Assembly: GCA_963663865.1 (NCBI GenBank)
Contig: OY760686.1
Coordinates: forward strand, 1,472,001-1,536,000
Length of the DNA stretch: 64,000 nt
Reading direction: 5' to 3'
Source: Spirochaetota bacterium
Lineage (GTDB): Bacteria; Spirochaetota; UBA4802; UBA5550
Under the pieces are notes generated by a model, which did no database searches, was not told the DNA's origin, and saw only the letters and a program-made list of their open reading frames with translations. The position numbers and the translations under genes are program-made. Numbering within the stretch: the first letter of the stretch is position 1; each line of letters begins with the position of its first letter. This document shows, one piece after another, positions 1-9,248 of the stretch.

Positions 1-2
1 TT

Positions 3-3000
3 GTTCTTTCGTCGATGAAGATGGAAACTGTGGTTAAAGCTCCGGTTGACGGCACAATTGAGTATTTGATTGAAGACGGTGACGAGTCCAGGCTCGTATT
101 GTCAAAAACACCTGACGGCAGAATAATCGGCAGGAGTATTCAGGAAGGCGAAGTCCTGGTGCGCATCAAAACCGAAGATGTTGATGACTCTGAAACCTGC
201 TCCGGAGAAAAGAAAGTCAATACAGGCACTACTGCACTCGATTTGCTGAGAAGCGGTGTGCCGGTGGAAAACATAGTTTCAGATATCGAAAAACACTTCG
301 ACGATATTCTTGAGATGTTTCTTGCTTCAGTCAAAGGCTTTATCAGCGACAGCGTTCTTATCGATTCAATGATTGAAGTCCTTGAGAAGATTGATCATGT
401 CGCGTGGGGTAGTATAATAAACGAAAAGAGGGCGGAAGGTGTAAATGATATAGTACTTCACTATACTAATATACGAAAAATATTCTCACCGGTCATTTCT
501 GAAAACGGATTTTCCTATCAGGATGAACTTGACAGGTATTCGAGAGACTGGAACGAGCCGGGAGTGAAGTTTCCCGGAGAGTTTACTTCGCTTATTAACG
601 AGCTTCTTGCCAATTTCGGAATATCCTCAGCTAAGCCTTCAAACGTAATGGAAGAGATATACAGAGCTCACTTCAATCTTCTAATGCGGCTTTCTTATGA
701 TTACTGTGTCAGAAACTGGAAGCGGATCGGTCCGCATTTTAATGTAGTTACCACGCTTCTGCCTTCGAAGGACAAGACTCTTCTTACAATGAAGCGTCTT
801 CTGCTTCACACCCAGACGGAATCGGACGACTCGGCATACAAAAAGATCAGGAGCTATCTTATTGAAAAGTATCCTCATTGCTACGCCGAGTTTTCAACCG
901 GTGGATGGAGCGATATCCCCAATATAGAGAAACAGCTTTCAGGAAACGGCGAGACCGTGTCATGCGAGCCGGCGGGAGAGCATGAATTTATTGAAAGCCT
1001 CCTGCCCGAAGGCTTCAATGAAGAGGCATCACGAAGAATGGAAGAGAAGCTGGCTATTCTAAAGCTGAAGTACGATATTAAGCGCCTGAAGAATTCGCTT
1101 TCGGAAACCTCAGTCTACAGGCTTGAGCCGATAGACCCCGAGGGGGAGGTGATGTACGCGGCTTTTACTGCCATTGATGCAGCCGGGGGCAGCGTTATGA
1201 AGAATGTTCGTTCCGCCTTCACCGGAATATCCGAGGCTATATGCAGGGTGACAGGAGACTGCTGCAGCACTCCAAACTGGATAGAGGTTATTCTAACGGG
1301 TCATCAGGTAGTGATTGACTGCGACGGCTCGGATGAGAGGCCTGGATACGGTCTTGTAAAAAGCCTCGCTTCCGATCTGGATCCTTATTTCTGCGACAGG
1401 AATATTCTTGCCTTTGCTTTAGATACTGAATTGGCTCCTTCAGCAGATGCTCCATCTGCGAGAAAGACGCTTGTACTTGCGATAACTGAAGGAAGACCGT
1501 CTTTTACGATTATGCAGCAGGACGATGCTGGTAACCCGTATTCAGATTCAAAACAATATAACAGAAAAAACCAGTCCCTGTACGACGACGCCAAGTGGCC
1601 CATTGACGTCTGGTCTGAAGAAACACTGGACAAAGGTACTTCAAGGGAGCTGACAATTCCTTCCATAGATGATGACCCTGAGAACCCCGTCGCCGCCAGA
1701 ATAATACTCGGCAGCATGAACGGAACGCAGGCGCTGTTCTACATGAAGGACTTCCGCATCAGGGGAGGATCCACCGGAGACAGAGAAGGCCGCAAGTATG
1801 TTGCTGCCGGGTACATTGCCTTAATGAAGGGCATTCCGCTGTATGTGTGGAACGACAGCGGCGGAGCGAATATAAAAGAAGGCGTAGTGTCTCTCAACAG
1901 GGGCGCCCAGGGCTTCATGATGAACACCTTCCTTGCGGGGACTGCCGGAATTGATAAGTTCTTAAGATACAGAAAGAACCTGCCTGACAGCGGAATGAGT
2001 GCGCTTTTTGATGAGCTCGACTCATTGCTCTCTCTGAATGAGGCTGAGGCCCGCAGAGGTAAGGCCATGCTCGTAGCCATCGGAATAGGGGCTTCCGCGG
2101 GGCTCGATGTATACGGCTCAAGCCAGGCAACCATACAGCTGCTGCTTGACTCGCAGAAATCTTACAGGGTTCTGACAGGGGCAAATGTCATCAGGGCCGT
2201 TATGGGTGAGGATATCAGCAACTACGATATAGGAGGCGCGAAGGTGCTCGGCAAGTGGGCCGGAATTGTAGACCTCGTTGCCGGTGACAGGGTTGAGATG
2301 GTGGCCTTTGTAAGAAAGATTCACAGCTATTTCTGCACTCTCAATACGGCTTTCGCGCAAATCGAAGCTCCGCTGTTGAATGACGCGGCAGACAGGGCTG
2401 GAGACGGTTATACTGTATTTACGGAGACAACTGTTCACAGAAATGTTGACGGCGGAAGGTTTTGGACTTTCAAGGACGACTACTACGGAGCAAACGCCCT
2501 CATAGGAGGATTTGCCTCACTCAGGGGAAAGCGTGCTCTTATTATGGGCCCCAGAACGAACAGCGGACTTACTACATCTCCGTCACTCAACAAGTCAAGA
2601 GAGCTTCTGAGGATCGCACGGAGAACCGGAGTGCACCAGATTCTTGTCTTCGGAAAGTGCTGGCACAGGGTCCGCAGCAATATCGAGAATGTGAGCATGA
2701 GACCGCGGATGGACTTTGTTAAAACGCTGGGAAGCCGAAGAAGCGGCGCCAGAATACACATTGTTACCGATATCGAGGGACTTAAGGCTGCTGAAATCAA
2801 CAGCTATGCCGACTTTATCATATTTATCAAGGACAGGGAGCTTCCACAGGCGGATTACAATTTCGCGAGAAAAAATACCTCGTTCATGGTCAAGTCGTTC
2901 AGCGAAGCTTTTTCCCTTTCAGCTGACCTTCTGGGCCTTCTGAGTAATCCCGAGATATCGGATTCAGTTAAGCCTGAGATTAAACCGGATATCCCTTCAG

Positions 3001-3734
3001 ATTCCGGAGAGCCCTATGACATGATTGAAAGGGTAATAAACAGGACTTTTGATTCGGGAAGCTTTATTGAGGTCTACAGGGGAATGAATGACCCTATGAC
3101 GGGGCCCAATCTGATTACAGGGCTGGCCCGGCTCAACGGCCGAACGGTCGGTATAATCGCCGATCAGCCCCTTGTTAAGGGAGGAGGCGCAGATTCCGCC
3201 GGAACTGAAAAGTTCAGGATATTCGTGGAACTTTTATCCAGCAGGAATATTCCACTTGTGATGCTTTCAAATTCCTCGGGATTTGTGCCGGGTTCGAAGG
3301 AAGAGCGTTTCCGTATTCAGGCCATTGGTGCCGATTCGCTAGATGTGAATATTGAAAGCACAATACCCGTCGTTTCTGTCGTACTCAATCAGAACTTCGG
3401 CGGAAGAATGATACACGCGTTTAACCGCTACCTGCGCCCTGGAATAGTGTATCTTGCGCTTGACCACGCGGTTATCGCCGTACTTGGAGAAACAGTGGCT
3501 TTTGAGCTGCTTCAGAAAAAGGAATTCAACAGGCTCATCTCTGAAGGCAAACAGCAGGAGGCTGAGGAGTTTTACAGACAGGCGATGTCGGCATTCCGTG
3601 AAAAGGCTCGGGCTGAAAACGACTGCCTCGCCACAGGTGTTCTTGACTGGGTAATTAAGGACAGCGAGAACCTGAGGGAACATCTTCTAAAGGGAATGGA
3701 GAAGGCGGTGGCTGAGGCCGCGACAATCGCGTAG
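3..3734 (+). CDS. Multidomain biotin-dependent acyl-CoA carboxylase (BCCP + central region + carboxyltransferase), 5'-truncated by the window
   Basis: The frame is open from nt 3 (VLSSMKMET, the biotinyl-lysine MKM motif) and continues into APVDGTI. CT motifs KDFRIRGGSTG, NDSGGANIKEG, LTGANVI, TGLARLNGRTVGIIADQP and SSGFVPG follow. The ATG at 15 is internal. Confidence 0.85.
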   Translation, partial: VLSSMKMETVVKAPVDGTIEYLIEDGDESRLVLSKTPDGRIIGRSIQEGEVLVRIKTEDVDDSETCSGEKKVNTGTTALDLLRSGVPVENIVSDIEKHFDDILEMFLASVKGFISDSVLIDSMIEVLEKIDHVAWGSIINEKRAEGVNDIVLHYTNIRKIFSPVISENGFSYQDELDRYSRDWNEPGVKFPGEFTSLINELLANFGISSAKPSNVMEEIYRAHFNLLMRLSYDYCVRNWKRIGPHFNVVTTLLPSKDKTLLTMKRLLLHTQTESDDSAYKKIRSYLIEKYPHCYAEFSTGGWSDIPNIEKQLSGNGETVSCEPAGEHEFIESLLPEGFNEEASRRMEEKLAILKLKYDIKRLKNSLSETSVYRLEPIDPEGEVMYAAFTAIDAAGGSVMKNVRSAFTGISEAICRVTGDCCSTPNWIEVILTGHQVVIDCDGSDERPGYGLVKSLASDLDPYFCDRNILAFALDTELAPSADAPSARKTLVLAITEGRPSFTIMQQDDAGNPYSDSKQYNRKNQSLYDDAKWPIDVWSEETLDKGTSRELTIPSIDDDPENPVAARIILGSMNGTQALFYMKDFRIRGGSTGDREGRKYVAAGYIALMKGIPLYVWNDSGGANIKEGVVSLNRGAQGFMMNTFLAGTAGIDKFLRYRKNLPDSGMSALFDELDSLLSLNEAEARRGKAMLVAIGIGASAGLDVYGSSQATIQLLLDSQKSYRVLTGANVIRAVMGEDISNYDIGGAKVLGKWAGIVDLVAGDRVEMVAFVRKIHSYFCTLNTAFAQIEAPLLNDAADRAGDGYTVFTETTVHRNVDGGRFWTFKDDYYGANALIGGFASLRGKRALIMGPRTNSGLTTSPSLNKSRELLRIARRTGVHQILVFGKCWHRVRSNIENVSMRPRMDFVKTLGSRRSGARIHIVTDIEGLKAAEINSYADFIIFIKDRELPQADYNFARKNTSFMVKSFSEAFSLSADLLGLLSNPEISDSVKPEIKPDIPSDSGEPYDMIERVINRTFDSGSFIEVYRGMNDPMTGPNLITGLARLNGRTVGIIADQPLVKGGGADSAGTEKFRIFVELLSSRNIPLVMLSNSSGFVPGSKEERFRIQAIGADSLDVNIESTIPVVSVVLNQNFGGRMIHAFNRYLRPGIVYLALDHAVIAVLGETVAFELLQKKEFNRLISEGKQQEAEEFYRQAMSAFREKARAENDCLATGVLDWVIKDSENLREHLLKGMEKAVAEAATIA

Positions 3735-3755
3735 CGCCACGATTACAGGATAACA

Positions 3756-4385
3756 ATGGAGAAAAACATGACACTAAATACAGCTTATAACAGATACATT
3801 GATGTTCTCAATTCATTTCACAGCTGGCGGCTACGAAGCGGGGCATTGACAGGAATGTTCCTTGCCGCCTGCGCTGCGCTTTTCACAGGCATAATGGCAC
3901 AGGCCGCCATATATCTTCCGTGGACGCCGGTCCCTGTTACCGGCCATACGGTAGCCGTGTTCGCGGGCGCTGCTCTTCTCGGCAGGTGGGGCGGAGCAGC
4001 CCAGCTGATGTACATCGCGGGAGGCGCCGCTGGCCTTAACTGGTTCGCCGGCCAAAACGGGGGACTCCCGGCCCTCTGCGGGCCAACAGCCGGCTACCTT
4101 GCCGGATACGCTCTTGCTGCATGGGTTCTCGGCGAGGTTTTGCAGTCCTCAAAAACTCCAAGAAGGTTTGTCAGACTCCAGCTTTTAATGGCGGCGCTTA
4201 ACTTTGGGGTTGTGTACCCTGTGGGGCTGGCGGGGCTGTACATGTGGACAACCTCTGTGAAAGGAAGCGCGCCGGGAATTTTTGAACTTCTGAACATGGG
4301 ATTATTTCCTTTTATCCCGGGGGATATTGTCAAAATTGGAATCACATCAACCCTGATATACCAGCTGCTTCCCAAAAGAAGGTGA
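3756..4385 (+). CDS. bioY: Biotin transporter BioY (ECF S-component)
   Basis: LPWTPVPVTGHT and GPTAGYLAGY motifs, PFIPGD near the C-terminus, hydrophobic, directly downstream of a biotin enzyme. Confidence 0.92.
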   Translation: MEKNMTLNTAYNRYIDVLNSFHSWRLRSGALTGMFLAACAALFTGIMAQAAIYLPWTPVPVTGHTVAVFAGAALLGRWGGAAQLMYIAGGAAGLNWFAGQNGGLPALCGPTAGYLAGYALAAWVLGEVLQSSKTPRRFVRLQLLMAALNFGVVYPVGLAGLYMWTTSVKGSAPGIFELLNMGLFPFIPGDIVKIGITSTLIYQLLPKRR

Positions 4386-4398
4386 CACCCTGCTGAAT

Positions 4399-4438
4399 GA
4401 GGGTCCTGCTGCTTTTTATTCAAAACAGCAGGGCCCTC
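4399..4438 (+). other. Stem-loop between bioY and the next gene (possible terminator or mRNA stabiliser)
   Basis: GAGGGTCCTGCTG (4399-4411) pairs with CAGCAGGGCCCTC (4426-4438); no clear U-tract. Confidence 0.45.
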
Positions 4439-4470
4439 TCAAAACCAACCGTATTTATCACAGAGGAAAA

Positions 4471-5250
4471 ATGAGAAGATTTATCACAGCGGTGTTTGTC
4501 TCTCTGTGTCTTTGCGCGCTGCCGGGTATTCTAAAGGCAGAACAGGCTCAGACAGGAAGGACATGGACCTATGTCTACATGCAGGGAAATCTTGATCCCG
4601 ATTGGTCACTGGTCATTATGCCGGGGGCCAAATATGAATTTGCCCGAAACGGAGGGAGTGACACGATTGGATTTTACGTGTACGAACTCTTCGTCGGGCC
4701 TCAGTACACAGTTAAGTGGGACGATTTTACCCTTACTGTCCCGTTCTGGTATTACTATGTTGGAATGCCCTATAAACCATTGGACGATTATTACTATACT
4801 CACAACCTGTCTGTCTCGCCCAGGCTGACCTGGAGGCATGGGCGGCTGTCCCTGTATTTTAGGCTCTTTACTTACAACACACTGTATTCAAATTACTATG
4901 ACACCGCATCGGAGAGAAGGGGATATTCTCTGATGACAACTCAGATGCTTGGCGTCTCTTACTGGATTGGCCGCGGCTTTTCTATCGAAGCTGGAGACGA
5001 GATATTCACTGGAATAATCGATGACGGCGGAACAGCTGCCTCAGGATTTGGCTTTATCAGAACAGGGTTTCAGAAGAATAAGCTATATGCCGGTCTGTCC
5101 TACAGTGTAATGAAGGGTGTAAGCCTGAAGCTTCAGTATGTGAATGAAAGAAATTACAACACAGATTTAAGATGCACCGAAAATCATCATCTGGTCTATA
5201 CGGTAATGTCTTTAGCGGCTGATTTCTTTTCGAGAGATGCGGGACGTTGA
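4471..5250 (+). CDS. Secreted outer-membrane beta-barrel protein (DUF2490-like)
   Basis: Signal peptide ending LKA, aromatic-rich alternating beta-strands, C-terminal pattern GDEIF...NKLYAGLSY...LKLQYVNE resembling DUF2490. Confidence 0.6.
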   Translation: MRRFITAVFVSLCLCALPGILKAEQAQTGRTWTYVYMQGNLDPDWSLVIMPGAKYEFARNGGSDTIGFYVYELFVGPQYTVKWDDFTLTVPFWYYYVGMPYKPLDDYYYTHNLSVSPRLTWRHGRLSLYFRLFTYNTLYSNYYDTASERRGYSLMTTQMLGVSYWIGRGFSIEAGDEIFTGIIDDGGTAASGFGFIRTGFQKNKLYAGLSYSVMKGVSLKLQYVNERNYNTDLRCTENHHLVYTVMSLAADFFSRDAGR

Positions 5251-6209
5251 ACAGACGCTGCATCGTAATCCCTGCGGTTTCCGGCAGTAAGGTTGTGCAG
5301 GAAGCTTACTGCCGGGCCGGTTTCGACGCTTAGTTCCTGATTTTCTGCCTGATAGATGTCTCCGTCAATTGTGTACTCAATCGGCGAGTCTGTTACGAGC
5401 TTAAGGCCGCGTGTTGTGCGGTCTATGTGCATAGGGTCGTTGATTATATCCCCTTTTTTGAACCTGTTGAGATTGAACAGCATTTTTATGGGAGATACCG
5501 AAGTAAGAATCGCCTGAAAGGACTCGGGGTCGGTGCATGCCCGGCAGAGCGGTGTGAAGCCCATGCCGATGTGTTCGACTGTGCCCGCAAGAACGGCCCT
5601 GACATGTCCGATCGGCAGCTTCTCGCCGTCGGCGTAGAAACAGCCCTGAGTAGTGGAGAACATCTCGGAGCGTTCACCGTCAACAATGGCGTGAAGTATC
5701 GACTTCAGTGCCGTATGCAGGTTCTGAATGTTTCCTTTCTCGCGTCCAGAGTAGGCATCCTTTAAAAACCTGGTTGTGAAGCCTGCTCCAAAGATAAAGC
5801 CGTATCTATTGTTCACCTTAAGGGTTCTGCGATATGATCGCGGTACATCGGAGGCGCTGCTGTAGGAGTCAAGAATTGACCTGATGAGCTCGGGGCCAGA
5901 GGTGTCTAGTCCGATTGAGTTTGCCACGTTATTCATGGTGCCGCTCTTGAGCAGTATGAAGGGAGGAAGCTCCTTCTCTCCATAAACGCTGACAGCGGCA
6001 GTGAGAACCTGATGAAGGGTGCCGTCACCGCCGGCAACACCGAGGGCGTCAATACCGCTTATACGAAGAGACTCAAGCTCTTTACGCATCTGTTTCAGAT
6101 CCTTTGTCAGCCTCACATCGACTGACCTCATCCCAAAGACAGACGCCGGATCCTTCTTCATTAGCCGTATCTGCTTTGCTCTGGCATTGACAATGACTCC
6201 GATTTTCAG
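5196..6209 (-). CDS. Diacylglycerol/lipid kinase family protein (DAGK catalytic domain); probable CTG start at 6209
   Basis: GGDGTL, SGTMNNVA and YTIDGD motifs. The N-terminal strand KIGVIVNA lies upstream of the ATG at 6161, in frame from CTG 6209, with GGAGG 6 nt upstream. Confidence 0.85.
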   Translation of the reverse strand: MKIGVIVNARAKQIRLMKKDPASVFGMRSVDVRLTKDLKQMRKELESLRISGIDALGVAGGDGTLHQVLTAAVSVYGEKELPPFILLKSGTMNNVANSIGLDTSGPELIRSILDSYSSASDVPRSYRRTLKVNNRYGFIFGAGFTTRFLKDAYSGREKGNIQNLHTALKSILHAIVDGERSEMFSTTQGCFYADGEKLPIGHVRAVLAGTVEHIGMGFTPLCRACTDPESFQAILTSVSPIKMLFNLNRFKKGDIINDPMHIDRTTRGLKLVTDSPIEYTIDGDIYQAENQELSVETGPAVSFLHNLTAGNRRDYDAASVQRPASLEKKSAAKDITV

Positions 6210-6367
6210 CGTATGCCTCCAGTTGCTCTGTCCGAGTTCTCGACGTGAATGTAGAGATACTGTGTTAAGGTATTATTAGGGCTATGTTAATTTACTGTGA
6301 GAATCCTCATGATTAAATAAAGCGAACATAACAGCCTGCGGGCGGGTTTCGCTCCTTAATGGCTGTT

Positions 6368-6395
6368 ATTGTATGAATCTGTGTTAAAAAGTCAA
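6368..6395 (-). promoter_or_regulatory. Putative sigma70 promoter for the DAGK gene
   Basis: Minus strand TTGACT (6395-6390), 16-nt spacer, TACAAT (6373-6368). Confidence 0.45.
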
Positions 6396-6597
6396 GCCAA
6401 ATGATTTTAGTAATATAAATTGTTACACCTTCAAGGTTCTGCGTAAAGAATGCTGTGTGGCCGGGAAAGACCGGTTCAGGTCCGGTATCATGAATAAAAT
6501 TGTCTTGATATATTTGTACCGTAATGAGTTGATAATTCAGGGATTTTTGTCCGGCAGGGAAGTATGGACGGCCCCATAAATTAGCGGATCAGGTGTT

Positions 6598-7662
6598 TTG
6601 AATATGAGGATGAGACTATTTATTATTATTCTGACGGTCTTTTCCATTTCCTGCGGGAAGTGGAAGGTCAGCAGTCTAAAGCCGTCTGACTACATGGAGA
6701 TTAAAAATGGTAAAGAGCCCGGCAATGTTCTGATAAACTACGACGAGTTTGCTCTGAGTGAGCTGTCCTTCGGAATAGGAATTCACAGGGATAATGTTCT
6801 TCTTGTGGATAATAATCTCAAGAGGATTCAGCTTCTGGACTCTGAAGGCAAGCCGGAGCTTGTAATTGGCTCCGTAAAGGACATCGAACATAAGGATATT
6901 AAGACCGCGCCATTTAATTTCAGCTCAATAGGCGTTTTTACAATGAGTGGAGACGGGAACATCTATGTTCAAAACCGTTTTACGCAGAGGTCAAACATCC
7001 CTGGCGGTCAGGACTCCATGAACTTCTCGCCGTCTTATATTCTGGTTTTTGATGAGAATGGGAAGCTGCACAGCACCCTTGGTCAGAGAGGAAATCCGGA
7101 TCTGCCTTTTTATTACATCGAGGAGATGAAGGTTGACGACCGGGACAGACTCATTGTTGTCTCCCGTTCATTTGACGCATGGAGTGTTTTTCGATTCGCA
7201 AAAAAGAAGCGTGATTACTATAAGAACCTGAGTTCGATTGAGTTCAAGGAAAAAGACGGTGACGATGTATACGAGGGCAAAATAGAGAATGTTAAGCCCT
7301 ACCAGAACGGTGAAACACTCATGATCAGCGTCGCCTATTATCACAAGAACAGGCTCAAGTTCCGCCGGATATACGATTTTTCAATACAGGGAGACAGGCT
7401 TGAACGTTCGGTTATTGATATTCCGGATCCGAGGAATGTTCTTTTCAGCATTATTGATGACAGACTTATTTATTTTTGGAACATGGATTCCACTGACGTC
7501 AAGTTTATGGTAAGCAACATGGACGGAACAATATTAAACAACCTGAGCCTTGATTTCAAGGATAAGAGCTGTCTGTATTCCAAGATTATTTCGAACGAGG
7601 AAGGGGAGCTCTTTTCATTTCATGTTACAAAGAAAGGAATCAATATCAGGAAGTGGGATTGA
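6598..7662 (+). CDS. Conserved lipoprotein, NHL/beta-propeller-like (resembles Leptospira LIC_12708-type proteins)
   Basis: Lipobox FSISC, NHL-like segments (GNIYVQN, STLGQRG), overlaps or abuts nnr. The true start may be one of the ATGs just downstream. Confidence 0.6.
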   Translation: MNMRMRLFIIILTVFSISCGKWKVSSLKPSDYMEIKNGKEPGNVLINYDEFALSELSFGIGIHRDNVLLVDNNLKRIQLLDSEGKPELVIGSVKDIEHKDIKTAPFNFSSIGVFTMSGDGNIYVQNRFTQRSNIPGGQDSMNFSPSYILVFDENGKLHSTLGQRGNPDLPFYYIEEMKVDDRDRLIVVSRSFDAWSVFRFAKKKRDYYKNLSSIEFKEKDGDDVYEGKIENVKPYQNGETLMISVAYYHKNRLKFRRIYDFSIQGDRLERSVIDIPDPRNVLFSIIDDRLIYFWNMDSTDVKFMVSNMDGTILNNLSLDFKDKSCLYSKIISNEEGELFSFHVTKKGINIRKWD

Positions 7663-7664
7663 AA

Positions 7665-9209
7665 ATGAAAGCTGTGACAGCCGCAGAGATGAGCGGCATT
7701 GACCGCCGGGCTATTGAAGAGTATGGTGTTCCACAGAAGCTGCTTATGGGTTATGCCGGCCGTGAGGTATGCAGCTATGTCATGTCTGAGTTCTCTGAAG
7801 CTGAAAGAATATGTGTCTTCTGCGGAGACGGCAACAATGGTGGAGACGGCTTCGCGGCCGCCTATCTTCTCTCAAATGTTGGTAAAAGCGTCAAAGCAGT
7901 TTTTGCCGGTGATGAGAGAAAGCTCTCTTCGGCTTCGGCTGTATTCCTTTCAATATGCCGGAAATCATCGGTTCCAGTAATAGCGGTCACTGACAGGGAA
8001 GATGTCGTAAGAGAACTGGCTTCCACAGACCTTATTGTTGACTCGGTACTTGGCACGGGGACTTCGGGGGCGCCCAGGGGACTCAAGGCCGAAGCGGTGA
8101 CCCTGATTAATCAGTCCGGCTTGCCCGTCCTTTCCGTCGATATTCCGAGCGGCCTGCCTTCAGACGGGCATGCTCCTGAAGGCGAGGCAGTTAAGGCATC
8201 TGCAACAGTCACTTTCGGCCTGCCGAAATTGGGCATGGTCGTGATGCCGGGCAGGGAGTATTGCGGCAAGGTTGCGGTTGCGGATATCGGTTTTCCCCTT
8301 CCACTTGTTAACAGCAGTGATCTCGGCTGCAGCCTGATTGACAGAGGCTATATCTCAAGGCTCCAGCTGAACCCGCTCAGGTCCGATACACATAAGGGAG
8401 AGAGAGGTCACCTTCTTATAGTGGGCGGCTTTGACGGAATGGAGGGGGCTGCAATCCTCGCTGCCGAAGCGGCGCTCGAGGCAGGTGTCGGGCTGGTAAC
8501 GGTCATGACAACCGGCAGCTCGCGCAAGGTCATAGCTGGCAGACAGCCGGAAATAATGACTGTGTCCCTCCCCGCAGGCCCTGATGAAAGCGAATTCAGG
8601 GCGCTCATACAGTCGCGCCGTTACGATGTTGTCCTGGCCGGGCCGGGAATGGGCCGTTCGGAGTATTCCCGCTCTGTGTTTCACCTGCTCCTTAAACTTA
8701 TCCCTGAGACTCAGGTTCAACGTGTTCTTCTTGACGCGGACGCGCTTTTTCACTACGAAGCTTCCTGTTCTTCAGGCTGCGCTCTTCCCGAAGGTGCCGG
8801 TTTTTTAATCACGCCGCATTTCATGGAGGCATCACGTATTCTTGGTGAGGGCATTGCTCAAATCAAAGCCGACAGGCCTGCGGCAGCCAGAAGGCTGGCG
8901 GAAATGACCGGATCGGCTGTTCTTCTGAAGGGGCCGGCTTCAATCGCGGTTTCAGGGCATACTATGAACATAAACACATCGGGGAATCCGGTACTGGCAA
9001 CCGGAGGGACAGGCGATGTCCTCGCCGGAATCGCGGCGGCATTTCTCCTGAGGGACATATCTGTTCTTGATGCCGCTTCCGCCGCCGCCTTTGTGCACGG
9101 AGCGGCGGCTGATATTTTCCGTGAGGAAAATGGACCGGTAATGAAGTCCTCAGATCTTCTGCGCTATATCAGGCGCGCTATTACGGGAAGGCCGGCCGCC
9201 GCCAATTAA
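7665..9209 (+). CDS. nnr: Bifunctional NAD(P)H-hydrate epimerase/dehydratase
   Basis: YjeF_N motifs CGDGNNGGDG and VDIPSG. Dehydratase-domain motifs HKGERG, GPGMG, DADAL, TPHFME and LATGGTGDVLAG. Confidence 0.95.
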   Translation: MKAVTAAEMSGIDRRAIEEYGVPQKLLMGYAGREVCSYVMSEFSEAERICVFCGDGNNGGDGFAAAYLLSNVGKSVKAVFAGDERKLSSASAVFLSICRKSSVPVIAVTDREDVVRELASTDLIVDSVLGTGTSGAPRGLKAEAVTLINQSGLPVLSVDIPSGLPSDGHAPEGEAVKASATVTFGLPKLGMVVMPGREYCGKVAVADIGFPLPLVNSSDLGCSLIDRGYISRLQLNPLRSDTHKGERGHLLIVGGFDGMEGAAILAAEAALEAGVGLVTVMTTGSSRKVIAGRQPEIMTVSLPAGPDESEFRALIQSRRYDVVLAGPGMGRSEYSRSVFHLLLKLIPETQVQRVLLDADALFHYEASCSSGCALPEGAGFLITPHFMEASRILGEGIAQIKADRPAAARRLAEMTGSAVLLKGPASIAVSGHTMNINTSGNPVLATGGTGDVLAGIAAAFLLRDISVLDAASAAAFVHGAAADIFREENGPVMKSSDLLRYIRRAITGRPAAAN

Positions 9210-9248
9210 GTACGGCCGGTTCTATCCACCCACAAAAAAAGGAATAAT

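Noticed and set aside
6476-6490. TCAGGTCCGG resembling the SRP RNA core
   Set aside because: The required AAGGAAGCAGC continuation and long flanking stem are absent.
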